Positions 51,801-61,677 are shown, numbered from the stretch's first letter. The stretch is DNA of 64,000 nucleotides from an uncultured Bacilli bacterium (GCA_944332225.1 CALVJO010000004.1:1414-65413), one strand, 5' to 3'. Translations and numbers: made by a program. Notes: generated by a model not told the origin, from the sequence alone.

Positions 51801-53491
51801 TGAAAGAACAATTAATTAATTTATTCTACTCTCCTGATGCTGAGGGAGTTAAATCTACTAAAAAAACAACTTCTACAGCTAAAAAGAAGACAACTAAAAC
51901 TTCAACTGCTAAGAAAACCACTTCTACAAGCAAGAAAAAAACAGCTTCTAAAGCAACCTCTAGCTCGCAAAAAAGAACTAAAAAGACAGTAAAAAAAGAA
52001 CTTGTTGAAGAAAAGCTAGTTGAGGCAACTGAAACAATTAAAGAAGATATTCCTGTAATTGTCCCTGAAAATATTCGTCCAGCATTTGATTATGATAATG
52101 CTGAGGTGCTTCTCGATGTTAGACACTTAAAGCAATTCTTCAGATTTGGTAGAGGCAAATATAAATATAACAAAGCAGTTAACAATGTCTCTTTCAAAGT
52201 TTATAAGGGTGAAGTTTTCGGATTAGTCGGTGAATCAGGCTGCGGAAAGACGACCACAGGTAGATCGATCATTAGACTTTACAAACTTACTTCAGGCGAT
52301 GTTTGGTTTAAAGGTGTTAGAATTGCCGCGGGAGTCAGATGGAATCAAAAAGAGATTAAATTCACGAATATCAGATTAAGAGAAGCTTTAGGAAAGTACG
52401 CTTCTGAAAAGAAGGCTGAGATTGCTAATTTAAAATTAGAATATCAAGAATCATTCCATGAAAACTTCTCAGTTCACACAGTTAATAAGGCTATTGAGGA
52501 ACATTCTGATAATTATGAGGAGAAACAAGAATTCCTTGATCGTTACAATGAGATAGTTTCTCGTTATGAAGCCCTCTCAAGAGAAAAAATAGACGAGGCT
52601 AATCAAATAATCAGCGTTCAAAGAAAGAAGATTAAAGCGGCTCGTCACGACGATAAATCTTGTAATAAAGATATGCAGCGAGAAGAAGTTGCTAAAATCA
52701 AAGAACAATATCAAGAAATTATCGAAAAGGCTAAGCATGGCTCCTTATCTGAAGAAGATAAAGCGATATATGATGAATATAAGAAGAAATTACATGATGC
52801 GAAGCATACAACTTTAACTAGTAAGATTCAGATGATCTTCCAAGATCCTATCGCTTCGTTGAATCCTCGTATGACTGTTAGAAACATCATCGCAGAAGGA
52901 TTAATCATCAAGGGAGTTAAAGACAAAAAGTTCATCGATTCTGAAGTTAATCGAGTCTTAGATTTAGTCGGTTTGCTTCCTGAGCACGCGAATCGTTATC
53001 CTCATGAATTCTCAGGTGGACAAAGACAAAGAATCGGTATCGCTAGAGCAATAATTATGAATCCTGAATTAATTATCGCTGATGAGCCAGTTTCTGCCTT
53101 AGATGTTTCGATTCAAGCTCAAGTTATTAATTTATTAAATGAGTTAAGAAACGATTTAGGATTAACAATCTTATTCATCGCTCATAACTTATCGGTAGTT
53201 AAGTATTTCTGCGATAGAATCGCGGTTATGTATTATGGTAATTTGGTTGAGTTAACAACATCTGATGAATTGTTTGCTCATCCATTGCATCCGTATACAA
53301 AATCATTATTGTCAGCTGTTCCTCATCCTGATCCAAATATTGAGAAGAATCGTACTAGAGTGGCTTATAATCCTTCAGTTCACGATTATACAACTCAAAA
53401 GCCAACTATTAGAGAATTGGCAAAGGGTCACTTTGTTCTTTGTAACGACATTGAGGCTGAACAATATTTAAAAGAACTTGAGGGTAAATAG
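51800..53491 (+). CDS. oppF: Oligopeptide ABC transporter ATP-binding protein OppF with K/T/S-rich N-terminal tail and coiled-coil insertion
   Basis: Walker A GESGCGKTT. Signature FSGGQRQRIGIARAI. Walker B LIIADEPVSALD. N-terminal KKTTSTAKKKTTKTSTAKKTTSTSKKKTASK low-complexity tract. ~170-aa helical insertion. Confidence 0.85.
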   Translation: MKEQLINLFYSPDAEGVKSTKKTTSTAKKKTTKTSTAKKTTSTSKKKTASKATSSSQKRTKKTVKKELVEEKLVEATETIKEDIPVIVPENIRPAFDYDNAEVLLDVRHLKQFFRFGRGKYKYNKAVNNVSFKVYKGEVFGLVGESGCGKTTTGRSIIRLYKLTSGDVWFKGVRIAAGVRWNQKEIKFTNIRLREALGKYASEKKAEIANLKLEYQESFHENFSVHTVNKAIEEHSDNYEEKQEFLDRYNEIVSRYEALSREKIDEANQIISVQRKKIKAARHDDKSCNKDMQREEVAKIKEQYQEIIEKAKHGSLSEEDKAIYDEYKKKLHDAKHTTLTSKIQMIFQDPIASLNPRMTVRNIIAEGLIIKGVKDKKFIDSEVNRVLDLVGLLPEHANRYPHEFSGGQRQRIGIARAIIMNPELIIADEPVSALDVSIQAQVINLLNELRNDLGLTILFIAHNLSVVKYFCDRIAVMYYGNLVELTTSDELFAHPLHPYTKSLLSAVPHPDPNIEKNRTRVAYNPSVHDYTTQKPTIRELAKGHFVLCNDIEAEQYLKELEGK

Positions 53492-53993
53492 TTTGAAAAG
53501 AAAAGATACTCAAGAAAAATCCTCTCTAGAACTACAAAAAGAGATTGTAAAAAAGACTAAAGATGTTGAAGAAAGCCACTTTAAAGAATATTTAATAGGA
53601 TTTATCGTGGTTTTCATCATCGATAGTTTGATTGCTGTTACTTATATTCTATCAAGTTTAGGAGCACATTCATTTTCTTTAACAGGAAGCAGTCTCTATC
53701 GGGTTTTATGCGATGGATTCTCTATTCCTGGAATTTTCACTCTATTGTTTTGGATTTTGCTTATCGTTTCAAGTTATGGAGCGTTTGATGCAATCGCCTA
53801 TGGAGTGAAAGTTGCGTTCTATACAGTCTTCTATAGATCTCTAAAAGACACTAAAGTTGAGAAGACATATACTGAATATGTAGAAGTTAAACGCGGAAAA
53901 AGAAAAAATAAATATCCATATATGTGGATTAATGGGTTATTATTTCTATTTCTAGGCTTAATCTTCTTGATTATATTCAATGTTTCCATTTAA
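53478..53993 (+). CDS. Small membrane protein (DUF3899-like), translationally coupled to oppF
   Basis: No ATG available. TTG at 53478 or 53493 (the latter has GAGGG 8 nt upstream). Three to four TM segments. Overlaps the oppF stop. Confidence 0.4.
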   Translation: MRVNSLKRKDTQEKSSLELQKEIVKKTKDVEESHFKEYLIGFIVVFIIDSLIAVTYILSSLGAHSFSLTGSSLYRVLCDGFSIPGIFTLLFWILLIVSSYGAFDAIAYGVKVAFYTVFYRSLKDTKVEKTYTEYVEVKRGKRKNKYPYMWINGLLFLFLGLIFLIIFNVSI

Positions 53994-54021
53994 TATGAAT
54001 GAAATTTAAGGAGGTACTTAA

Positions 54022-55725
54022 ATGAATAAAAAATATGCACTTGGAATGTTTGCCTTATTAACAGTCCTAGTAGTTGGATGTACAGGAGATCCTACAAGTT
54101 CTTCAACAACTACATCCTCTGGCACTTCGCAATCAAATACCACGACAAGTACTGGAAATAATGATTATCTAACTAACGATGATTTAGAAAGAGGTAAAAC
54201 TACTTACGTTGATGATAATGGTGAAACTCAAGATTTAACAATTAACACCCTTTACACTAACGCTAACAGCCCTCACCTTGATCCTTTAAAAGAACTCCAC
54301 GCGATGGTTGTTCCGTTTGGTTTTACCGATAGTGATCTTCAAAATGTCCAATCTGAAGCCAATATCGAAAGAATCAGAACTGTTTTCTTTGGTGATGACG
54401 AGGAAATCGCTGATGTTAACGGATGGATATCAGTAGCTGATTATTATCAAACTTCATCTTATGGTAAGTCAACTTTCACTGGTGAAGTCTTACCTACATG
54501 GGTAGTATATAACGGTACATCATCATCCTTCCAACGTACTTACGGAACATCTTTAGGTGTTGGAGCTGCTGAATACGCAAGAACTTGGTATATCAATGAA
54601 TACGCAAAAGAAAATCATGGTTCTCTTGGAGCTGATGCTCACGATATTACCTGGTTTGATCAAAATAATGATGGCTACTTAGATTTAGTTTGGGTAGTTT
54701 ACTCTCATCCAACTTCCCAAAATGATACTAATTCTTGGTGGGCATATGTTACTTATACTGGAAATAATCCAAATACAGCTTCTCCAACTGTTAAGACCTT
54801 AGGATGGGCTTCAATTGACTGGATGAATAATTCTTATGGAGGATATGACCCTCACACCTTCATCCATGAAACTGGTCACACCTATGGATTAAATGACTAC
54901 TATGATTACACCAATACTTGGAAACCTATGGGTGGAGTCGATATGATGGATCAAAACTTAGGTGATCACTCTGCTTATTCAAAATTTGAATTAGGATGGG
55001 TAAATCCTTGGATTGTCGACGAGGAAACTCTCTCTCAAGGAAAGAGCGTAAAAGTAACCTTACGTCCATTTACTACTACTGGTGATTGCTTCGTTATCGC
55101 ATCTCCTGGATATAATGGAACCGCATTTGATGAATATTTGATGGTTGAATTAGTTGCTCCTATCGGCGATCTTAACTATCAAGATTATCGTGGAGGATAT
55201 CAATCAACTACAGGTTACACTAAACCTGGATTAAGAATCACTCACGTTGATTCAAGAGTATATGCAAGCAAAGATCAACATGATTCATATTTAGCTGATA
55301 ATCCTGAAGACGGTGTCGATATCAGAGTCAATAATACCCATGGCGGTAGAAGCGGAGTTGGAATCGATGCTGACTATTGGGAAAGAGAAGACGGTTCTAG
55401 ATTCTACTTCACTCAACAATCATTGATGGAAAGTACTATTGCAGAAACCAACTGGACTAACAGCGCTACTTATAACGCTACAAATAGTTCATTATTCACC
55501 GAAAGAAACTTCTTCAGCTTACAAGAAGGTGAAGGATGGGCCGAAGCATTCATGCCATCTGGATCAAATCTTTGGAACAAAGCTAAAACCATAACTGGAT
55601 GGAGCGGAAAAAATCAAACTTATGAGATTGATGAAACCTGCACGATGGATATGGAGTTATATGTTGAATCAATTGTAGAAGATGAAGAAGGATATCTTGC
55701 TACTGTTGAAATCTATCTAGCTTAA
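54022..55725 (+). CDS. Lipoprotein zinc metallopeptidase (HExxH; M6/immune-inhibitor-A-like)
   Basis: Lipobox LTVLVVGCTG. Zinc motif FIHETGHTYGLNDYYDY (compare M6 HEFGHDLGLPDEYD). 567 aa. RBS AGGAGG. Confidence 0.5.
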   Translation: MNKKYALGMFALLTVLVVGCTGDPTSSSTTTSSGTSQSNTTTSTGNNDYLTNDDLERGKTTYVDDNGETQDLTINTLYTNANSPHLDPLKELHAMVVPFGFTDSDLQNVQSEANIERIRTVFFGDDEEIADVNGWISVADYYQTSSYGKSTFTGEVLPTWVVYNGTSSSFQRTYGTSLGVGAAEYARTWYINEYAKENHGSLGADAHDITWFDQNNDGYLDLVWVVYSHPTSQNDTNSWWAYVTYTGNNPNTASPTVKTLGWASIDWMNNSYGGYDPHTFIHETGHTYGLNDYYDYTNTWKPMGGVDMMDQNLGDHSAYSKFELGWVNPWIVDEETLSQGKSVKVTLRPFTTTGDCFVIASPGYNGTAFDEYLMVELVAPIGDLNYQDYRGGYQSTTGYTKPGLRITHVDSRVYASKDQHDSYLADNPEDGVDIRVNNTHGGRSGVGIDADYWEREDGSRFYFTQQSLMESTIAETNWTNSATYNATNSSLFTERNFFSLQEGEGWAEAFMPSGSNLWNKAKTITGWSGKNQTYEIDETCTMDMELYVESIVEDEEGYLATVEIYLA

Positions 55726-55748
55726 TTAAACAAAAAAATATTAGATTT

Positions 55749-55771
55749 GAAGACGGCGATGCCGTCTTTAA
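55749..55771 (+). terminator. Rho-independent terminator after the metallopeptidase gene
   Basis: AAGACGGC-GAT-GCCGTCTT: perfect 8-bp stem followed by TTAAATCT. Confidence 0.5.
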
Positions 55772-55906
55772 ATCTAATGCATAATTTAGTAAATAAATGA
55801 AACATAAAAGCGCTTTCTTGTTTCAATTTATTTATTACCATGCTTAAATTTAAACAATTAATAATTTATTTATTAATTTATCAATTAAAAAAAGGAGCGA
55901 TAGTAA

Positions 55907-57880
55907 ATGAAAAAAATTCGAAAAGTTTTACTTACTGGTCTACTTGCTTGTAGCTTAGGATTTACTGTTGTTGCTTGTGATGGTCCTACTTCTTCAACAA
56001 CTAGTGAAGATGCTGGTGCTAACGTATCCAGAATTACCATTGCAAGTGATTTTGATCCATATCAAGTCGTAGGCACATTTATCAACGCGGATGAAGTTTT
56101 AACTTTCTATGGTAATGGAAACACTGAATTAACTAACGTTGATTATACTTTAAACCCAACTGCTAATGCTAATGCGGTGGAAATTGATGGACATACCATC
56201 ATCGTTAAGAGCGAAACTGATTCTGAAGTTAGAATTCAAGTAACCGTTGGAACTAAAAGCGCTTATTTAACTTTTACTCCTGTTAGCCAAGCTAAGAAAA
56301 ATATGCTAACAATGGCAGAGACAATGGGTGCTCACTATACTTACTATGAAATTGATCAACAAGGATATACTTTACCATCAATTTTGCACGATGAGGATTA
56401 TTTCTTACATTTTACTGCTGATTATAGTGATACCGGCGAAATTACCGACCAATACTATTATGGATATGGACAATTCTCTGATGCTGCTTATAATGTGAGA
56501 GCTAACGCTGATTTTACCGAAATAACTGCTGAACCAGGTGCTGTTACTAAGAGTATTTCTGACTATGGTTACGGTCAAGCTACCACTTTAGATTTCTTAA
56601 GCTTCACCACTGTTTCAGAAACTGATCCTTATGGTAACACTAGCTCATATTTATCATCAACCGATGAGGCAATGTTAAATAGTGTTGTTCCTGCTGAATT
56701 TGGTATTGTTGCACCTCAAGAATTAGTTAATAGATATAAATCTTTAAACTATGAATTAGAACCAGGCAAGGGATTAAATTATAAATATGTTTCTGGTGAA
56801 ATGGTGGTTTATCCTGATGCTGCAACTTTAAATATTGATAATGCTAAATATCCAGTTCATTTAATCGGTGTATTAGCTACTGTTAAATATACCGATACAA
56901 ACGAGATTTCTACGCTTGGTTATGGTTCATATTACTTAATTACTGATGAAAACTACAATGCAGACATTTCAGTTAATACTAATGAACAAATGGAAGCTTT
57001 CATAGCAGATGAAAATAATGTTCCTGAACCTTTAGAGTCTGAAGTTCTTGTAAATGCAGTTGATGCAGCTATCAAACAACCTAATTACACAGTCACTGCT
57101 TCGCTTGGTTGGGAAGCTTTAGATGGTAACTTAGATAAATTAGCTGATTTACCTGATAATCAAATTTCTAATTTATGGTATGATAATGGATGGGCTCAAT
57201 TCTTCAATGTTCCTTATGGAACTTACACAGCTAAGGTTAATGAATCAACCATCTATAATGATTATTCAATCTTCACCATCACTCGTACCTATAACGAAAA
57301 AACTGAAAGCTATGAATCAACTAGAAACACTACAACTGGTGTCAGCGGATTCGCAACTCACACTGATGACACTGTATATTCTTTCTCCGGAGAGAATGCT
57401 AGCAGCTTAAAATTTGCTAAACCAAGCAGCGCGGATGTTTACACTACAAGAGCTCGTGTCGAAGGATTAAAAGCAGTTCACACTGAAGCTGGTTATGATT
57501 CATATGGTTCTATTGAAAGAATGAATTTATCTTCAGTCAAAGATAATGAAGGTTATACTGAATATATTGGTAACGGAACTCTTTATACTCAAATCTTAAT
57601 CAATATGTTCAACCTCTATCCTTACGGAGATTATACATTAGGTACTAGCTTAGGAGAAAATCCAGTATTAGTAAGCGGAGAAACTTTCCTCAACATGTTC
57701 AATTATCGTATCATCGTTAGAGATAGCGGAGAGATTGAATTAATGGCCTACTTACTTTGGTCAAACATTGAATCTGGAGAATATATAGGAAATTATGCTG
57801 GATTAGTCTTAAGAGTTAACATCACTAATCTCGGCACAACTGAAGTTCCTTCAGTTACTGTTGTTCCTCCTGCAGCATAA
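55907..57880 (+). CDS. Hypothetical lipoprotein (657 aa)
   Basis: Signal and lipobox LLACSLGFTVVACDG. RBS AAAGGAG. Ser/Thr/Asn/Tyr-rich, predicted beta-rich surface protein. Confidence 0.55.
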   Translation: MKKIRKVLLTGLLACSLGFTVVACDGPTSSTTSEDAGANVSRITIASDFDPYQVVGTFINADEVLTFYGNGNTELTNVDYTLNPTANANAVEIDGHTIIVKSETDSEVRIQVTVGTKSAYLTFTPVSQAKKNMLTMAETMGAHYTYYEIDQQGYTLPSILHDEDYFLHFTADYSDTGEITDQYYYGYGQFSDAAYNVRANADFTEITAEPGAVTKSISDYGYGQATTLDFLSFTTVSETDPYGNTSSYLSSTDEAMLNSVVPAEFGIVAPQELVNRYKSLNYELEPGKGLNYKYVSGEMVVYPDAATLNIDNAKYPVHLIGVLATVKYTDTNEISTLGYGSYYLITDENYNADISVNTNEQMEAFIADENNVPEPLESEVLVNAVDAAIKQPNYTVTASLGWEALDGNLDKLADLPDNQISNLWYDNGWAQFFNVPYGTYTAKVNESTIYNDYSIFTITRTYNEKTESYESTRNTTTGVSGFATHTDDTVYSFSGENASSLKFAKPSSADVYTTRARVEGLKAVHTEAGYDSYGSIERMNLSSVKDNEGYTEYIGNGTLYTQILINMFNLYPYGDYTLGTSLGENPVLVSGETFLNMFNYRIIVRDSGEIELMAYLLWSNIESGEYIGNYAGLVLRVNITNLGTTEVPSVTVVPPAA

Positions 57881-57897
57881 AAAGTAAAGTAAATTAT

Positions 57898-57926
57898 AAA
57901 GAGCCTTCGGGCTCTTTATTTTTTTA
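57898..57926 (+). terminator. Rho-independent terminator (plus strand)
   Basis: AAAGAGCC-TTCG-GGCTCTTT followed by ATTTTTTT. Confidence 0.7.
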
Positions 57927-57929
57927 CTT

Positions 57930-57957
57930 AAAAAAAACTGATACATCGCTGTATCAG
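57930..57957 (-). terminator. Rho-independent terminator for tRNA-Val (minus strand)
   Basis: Minus strand: CTGATACA-GCGA-TGTATCAG followed by TTTTTTTT. Confidence 0.6.
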
Positions 57958-57969
57958 TAAAATTCATAA

Positions 57970-58045
57970 TGGTGGGCACTGAGGGGATCGAACCCCCGAC
58001 CTTCTGTACGTCAAACAGATGCTCTCCCAGCTGAGCTAAATGCCC
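57970..58045 (-). tRNA. tRNA-Val (anticodon GAC)
   Basis: Reverse complement GGGCATTTAGCTCAGCTGGGAGAGCATCTGTTTGACGTACAGAAGGTCGGGGGTTCGATCCCCTCAGTGCCCACCA folds as a cloverleaf. Acceptor GGGCATT/AGTGCCC. Anticodon stem TCTGT/ACAGA with loop TTGACGT. TTCGATC T-loop. Encoded CCA. Confidence 0.8.
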
Positions 58046-58125
58046 GATGCACGATTGATAATACTCTATTGAAAAATTGATGTCAATTAATTTTTTTATA
58101 ATTTGAAATATGGTAAGATTTACCT

Positions 58126-59103
58126 ATGTTTGATGAAACCTTTGATTCTAATCTTTTAAAAGTAGAAATTTTTGAAAATGTCGCTTCATTATTTTCTAAA
58201 GAGAAAATGGAAGTTTATTTAGTTGGGGGAATGGTTAGAGACTTTCTTTTAAAAAAGAGATCATCAGATTTTGATTTAGCCTTAGATGGAGATATTTCTA
58301 TCATCAATAAATTATTTCCTCAAGATTCTAAAATTATCGATAAGTATGGCTGCGCGACATTCTTTTACCAAGGCTTTAAATTTGAGATAACTTGTTTAAG
58401 AAAGGAACATTATGATACTTATAGAACTCCTTCTAAAATTGAATTTGTTCATTCTTTAGAAATTGATTCATTGAGAAGAGATTTTACAATTAACGCCTTA
58501 TATATGGATAAAGATGAGCATATCTATGATTTCCATAATGGCATTAATGATTTAAATAATCGATTAATTAGAATAGTTGGAGATGTATCTCGTTATAATG
58601 AAGATCCTCTTAGAATCTTAAGAGCCATAAGAATGGCTACTAATTTAGACTTTAGAATTAATAAAGATGATTATCGTTATATTAAAGATAATTTTTATTT
58701 ATTAAATGGAATCGCACCTTCTTTGATTAATGATGAGATAAAGAAGTTTTCTTCGACTAAATATCTATTTGATGATTTTGAGATGGATCGGATTCTTTAT
58801 AAAAATAATCATAAGATTAGAAAACATAAAATTCTTAAGTTTTCTAATGATTGTAAAGAAATCATTAAATTATACGATGAAGGATATTATTTATTCTTAA
58901 TGGATGAAAATATCTATCTTGAATTAAAGAAAATATTATTGTCTAGAATTGTTAAAATTAATGATTATAATGATTATCTACATTATTATTCTAAAGATGT
59001 GATTATGGTTTTAGATCAAAAGTATCAAGATTTAATTAATAAAGAATATTCTAATAAAGAATTAAAAAAAGTATTAAGGGAGAGAGACGATGGCAAAAGT
59101 TAG
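58126..59103 (+). CDS. cca: tRNA nucleotidyltransferase (CCA-adding enzyme), short form without HD domain
   Basis: Polymerase-beta-type head motif VYLVGGMVRDFLLKKRSSDFDLALDGD. ...RDFTINALYMD... 325 aa. Confidence 0.8.
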   Translation: MFDETFDSNLLKVEIFENVASLFSKEKMEVYLVGGMVRDFLLKKRSSDFDLALDGDISIINKLFPQDSKIIDKYGCATFFYQGFKFEITCLRKEHYDTYRTPSKIEFVHSLEIDSLRRDFTINALYMDKDEHIYDFHNGINDLNNRLIRIVGDVSRYNEDPLRILRAIRMATNLDFRINKDDYRYIKDNFYLLNGIAPSLINDEIKKFSSTKYLFDDFEMDRILYKNNHKIRKHKILKFSNDCKEIIKLYDEGYYLFLMDENIYLELKKILLSRIVKINDYNDYLHYYSKDVIMVLDQKYQDLINKEYSNKELKKVLRERDDGKS

Positions 59104-59758
59104 TTTAAATGAAATTAATCTAATCAATTTATTGATTGAAAATTACAAAGACTTGAAATTAACTGAAAGCGAAGCGATGTGCTTTCTTTTAATCTACTTA
59201 TCTGATTTAGAAAAGCCTTCCTTGATAACTGGAGAATTATTAGTTGATAAGATGAATCTAGATAAAGATGAGATTGATAAGGTAATAATCTCACTTATTG
59301 ATAAAAAGTTTGTCTCTTATGAATCAGATTCTACAGGTGGAATCATTACTTCTCCTACCTTAGGAAAAGATAAGATTCTTAATCATTTTGTTACTAGAGT
59401 GTTAAATGAAAAATCAACTGAAGAATATCAATATAAAGAAGATGAGCTACAAAAGGTCTTAAGAGTTCTTCAAGATCGTTATGCGAGAAGTTTAACTCCT
59501 TTAGAGATAAGTAAAGTTGAATCTTGGTTTTCTCAAAATATTCCTTTTGAGGTGATTCAAAATGCGATTGATAATATTTATCAAAAGAATGGAAAACTTC
59601 TATCTTTAACTAAGATAGATAAGGAAATAAGTAGAATAATCTCTACAAACGATATTAAAGAAGAAGGGTTCTCTTCAGTTACCATTCACGATAAAACCTC
59701 AATTAAAGAAAAGATGGAGATTGCCTCTTACGATTGGGTCCATGACGATGACAGATAA
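59090..59758 (+). CDS. dnaD: DnaD-domain replication initiation/membrane attachment protein
   Basis: N-terminal winged-helix-like region. C-terminal DnaD-like domain ...LTPLEISKVESWFSQNIPFEVIQNAIDNIYQ. Followed by nth as in Bacillus. Confidence 0.65.
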   Translation: MAKVSLNEINLINLLIENYKDLKLTESEAMCFLLIYLSDLEKPSLITGELLVDKMNLDKDEIDKVIISLIDKKFVSYESDSTGGIITSPTLGKDKILNHFVTRVLNEKSTEEYQYKEDELQKVLRVLQDRYARSLTPLEISKVESWFSQNIPFEVIQNAIDNIYQKNGKLLSLTKIDKEISRIISTNDIKEEGFSSVTIHDKTSIKEKMEIASYDWVHDDDR

Positions 59759-60386
59759 AGCTAAATACATAATTGACTATCTAGATGAGATATTAAAAGA
59801 TGCAAGATGCGCGTTAAACTATTCTAAAGATTATGAACTAGTAATCGCAGTCATGCTTTCTGCTCAGGTGACTGATAACGCGGTTAATAAAGTTAGTGAT
59901 GTTCTATTTAAAAGATATCCTACTTTAGAATCATTGAGCCAAGCCTCTTATGATGATGTTTGCTCGATTATTAAATCTTTAGGACTTTATAAAAATAAAG
60001 CTCAGAATGTGATCTTGATTGCTCAAGATATTTTAAACAACTTTGATGGTAAAGTTCCTTCCTCAAAAAAGGATTTGATGTCTTTAAGAGGTGTCGGTAA
60101 CAAAACCGCGAATGTTGTAAGATGCGAATTATTTTCTCTCCCTGAGTTTCCAGTTGATACGCATATTAACCGTATCTCTAAAAGATTGAATATTGCAAAA
60201 GAAAATGACGATATAAATACTGTTGAAGCCAAATTAAAAAAAGTTTTTCCAAGAGATCATTATATTAAACTCCATCATCAGTTGATTCATTTTGGAAGAA
60301 CTATTTGTAAAAGTCTTTCTCCAAAGTGTAATGAATGTAAATTACAAAAGTACTGTAAATATTATAAAGATAATTATTTAAAATAG
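59742..60386 (+). CDS. nth: Endonuclease III (DNA glycosylase/AP lyase)
   Basis: HhH-GPD motif LRGVGNKTANVV. [4Fe-4S] loop CKSLSPKCNECKLQKYC. Start uncertain: ATG 59742 or 59748, or the track TTG at 59721. Overlaps the dnaD end. Confidence 0.85.
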   Translation: MTMTDKAKYIIDYLDEILKDARCALNYSKDYELVIAVMLSAQVTDNAVNKVSDVLFKRYPTLESLSQASYDDVCSIIKSLGLYKNKAQNVILIAQDILNNFDGKVPSSKKDLMSLRGVGNKTANVVRCELFSLPEFPVDTHINRISKRLNIAKENDDINTVEAKLKKVFPRDHYIKLHHQLIHFGRTICKSLSPKCNECKLQKYCKYYKDNYLK

Positions 60387-60952
60387 ATTTGATCCACAAG
60401 TTTTAAATAATTGATTCTAGGGTTAAATTCTTGCTTGATAAGATGACCATTAGCTTTAATATCTTCTAAGGCTATAGATTTTCTAATCTTAGCTTCATAT
60501 GCTTCAATCACATATTTAACATCTAATAAATATATCTCATCTAAAGAGACAAAATAGATTAAGAAGAAGGCGATTCCTCCGTGATATATAACCTTTTTTA
60601 AATGTTTAATTTGTTGTGATGGGATGTTATGAAATGATAAAGAAGTTGTCGATTTAGTCTCTTTGCATTCAAAATCAATATATTTTCCTTTATATACTCC
60701 GTTATAGTCAGTGGTTGACTGCTTTTCAAAATAAGCATCAACTATCTTACAATTATGAGCGTAATCAACCTTTACTACATGAATTGGGGTAGGTCTTTTA
60801 TAAATTAAAGCGATGTCATGTTCTAAATAATATGAATTAGATAAGTTGATAGCTCGTTCAAAATCTAAGCCCCTATTAGCGAATTGAATCGGCTTAGTAT
60901 CAGTAACTAAAGATTTATCTAATTGATTTTGTTGTCCGTTAGGGTATCTCAT
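60374..60952 (-). CDS. recU: Holliday junction resolvase RecU
   Basis: MRYPNGQQ... N-terminus. GLDFERAINLSNSYYLEHDIALIYKRPTPI matches the RecU G.S.E..IN.SN.YY..IA.I.K.PTP signature. Confidence 0.8.
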   Translation of the reverse strand: MRYPNGQQNQLDKSLVTDTKPIQFANRGLDFERAINLSNSYYLEHDIALIYKRPTPIHVVKVDYAHNCKIVDAYFEKQSTTDYNGVYKGKYIDFECKETKSTTSLSFHNIPSQQIKHLKKVIYHGGIAFFLIYFVSLDEIYLLDVKYVIEAYEAKIRKSIALEDIKANGHLIKQEFNPRINYLKLVDQIYFK

Positions 60953-60954
60953 AG

Positions 60955-61677
60955 TTATTTTAAATAATCGTCTACGATTTCTTCAAATATATCGTAGGTA
61001 ACATTTTGCTTGTTTAAAACTAGTTTCATCACTTCTTTAACCGGATCTGGCATCTTATGATTTTTAGCTAATTGCTTAATATATTCTTGTTTAACAAGCT
61101 CTGTATTATTGATGAAGGCAAAGAATAGATTTTTTAAATCTAAGGCATCATTTAAAGGATCATGAGACATTCCAACAGGCTTTAAAGAAAATAATTTTAA
61201 TGAATTTACTAAGGAAAGAGAATTTCCTTTATCATCTTTAATAAATTCGCCCATGAATGTTGCAAAGTCAAAGATGTTACGAGGCCATTCTTTAGATATA
61301 TTTATATTTCTAGGATAGGAATAACGATTGGTTTCATTGATCATATAGATATCATTATTTCCAAATACAATTATTTTATAAGTATGGCTATTTATATAGT
61401 TATCAAATTTATAAATGGCCCTTTCCCAAGTCATTCCTTGATCAGAGAGGAAGGATTCATCGATTCCTGTCATTTCTCTAACAATCTCTCCGATAGGAGA
61501 ATGAGCTTTTACATAGATTTTAAAAGGATGATAATCATTTTTAATTATATTAAGATTTTCATCAATTTTTACTTTTATAGCCCCCATTGCAATGATTTCA
61601 TGGGACAGTTGAGTTCCTTCGAGATCAAGGAAGATTAAGGTGTCAATTCCTTTTAATTTACTTTCTAATCGCTTCAT
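60955..61677 (-). CDS. DEDDh-family 3'-5' exonuclease (DnaQ/KapD-like)
   Basis: Exo I FLDLEGT. Exo II-like FGNNDIYMI. Exo III SHDPLNDALDL. 240 aa. 2-nt gap to recU. Confidence 0.55.
   Translation of the reverse strand: MKRLESKLKGIDTLIFLDLEGTQLSHEIIAMGAIKVKIDENLNIIKNDYHPFKIYVKAHSPIGEIVREMTGIDESFLSDQGMTWERAIYKFDNYINSHTYKIIVFGNNDIYMINETNRYSYPRNINISKEWPRNIFDFATFMGEFIKDDKGNSLSLVNSLKLFSLKPVGMSHDPLNDALDLKNLFFAFINNTELVKQEYIKQLAKNHKMPDPVKEVMKLVLNKQNVTYDIFEEIVDDYLK

Noticed and set aside
46252-57410. Short ORFs inside oppA, oppC, oppC/D junction, oppF and the 657-aa lipoprotein gene (46252-46440, 49680-49907, 50003-50248, 53265-53471, 57180-57410)
   Set aside because: Contained in longer, motif-supported CDSs.
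60023-61638. ORFs 60023-60232 (-) and 61384-61638 (+)
   Set aside because: Antisense to nth and to the DEDDh exonuclease gene respectively.
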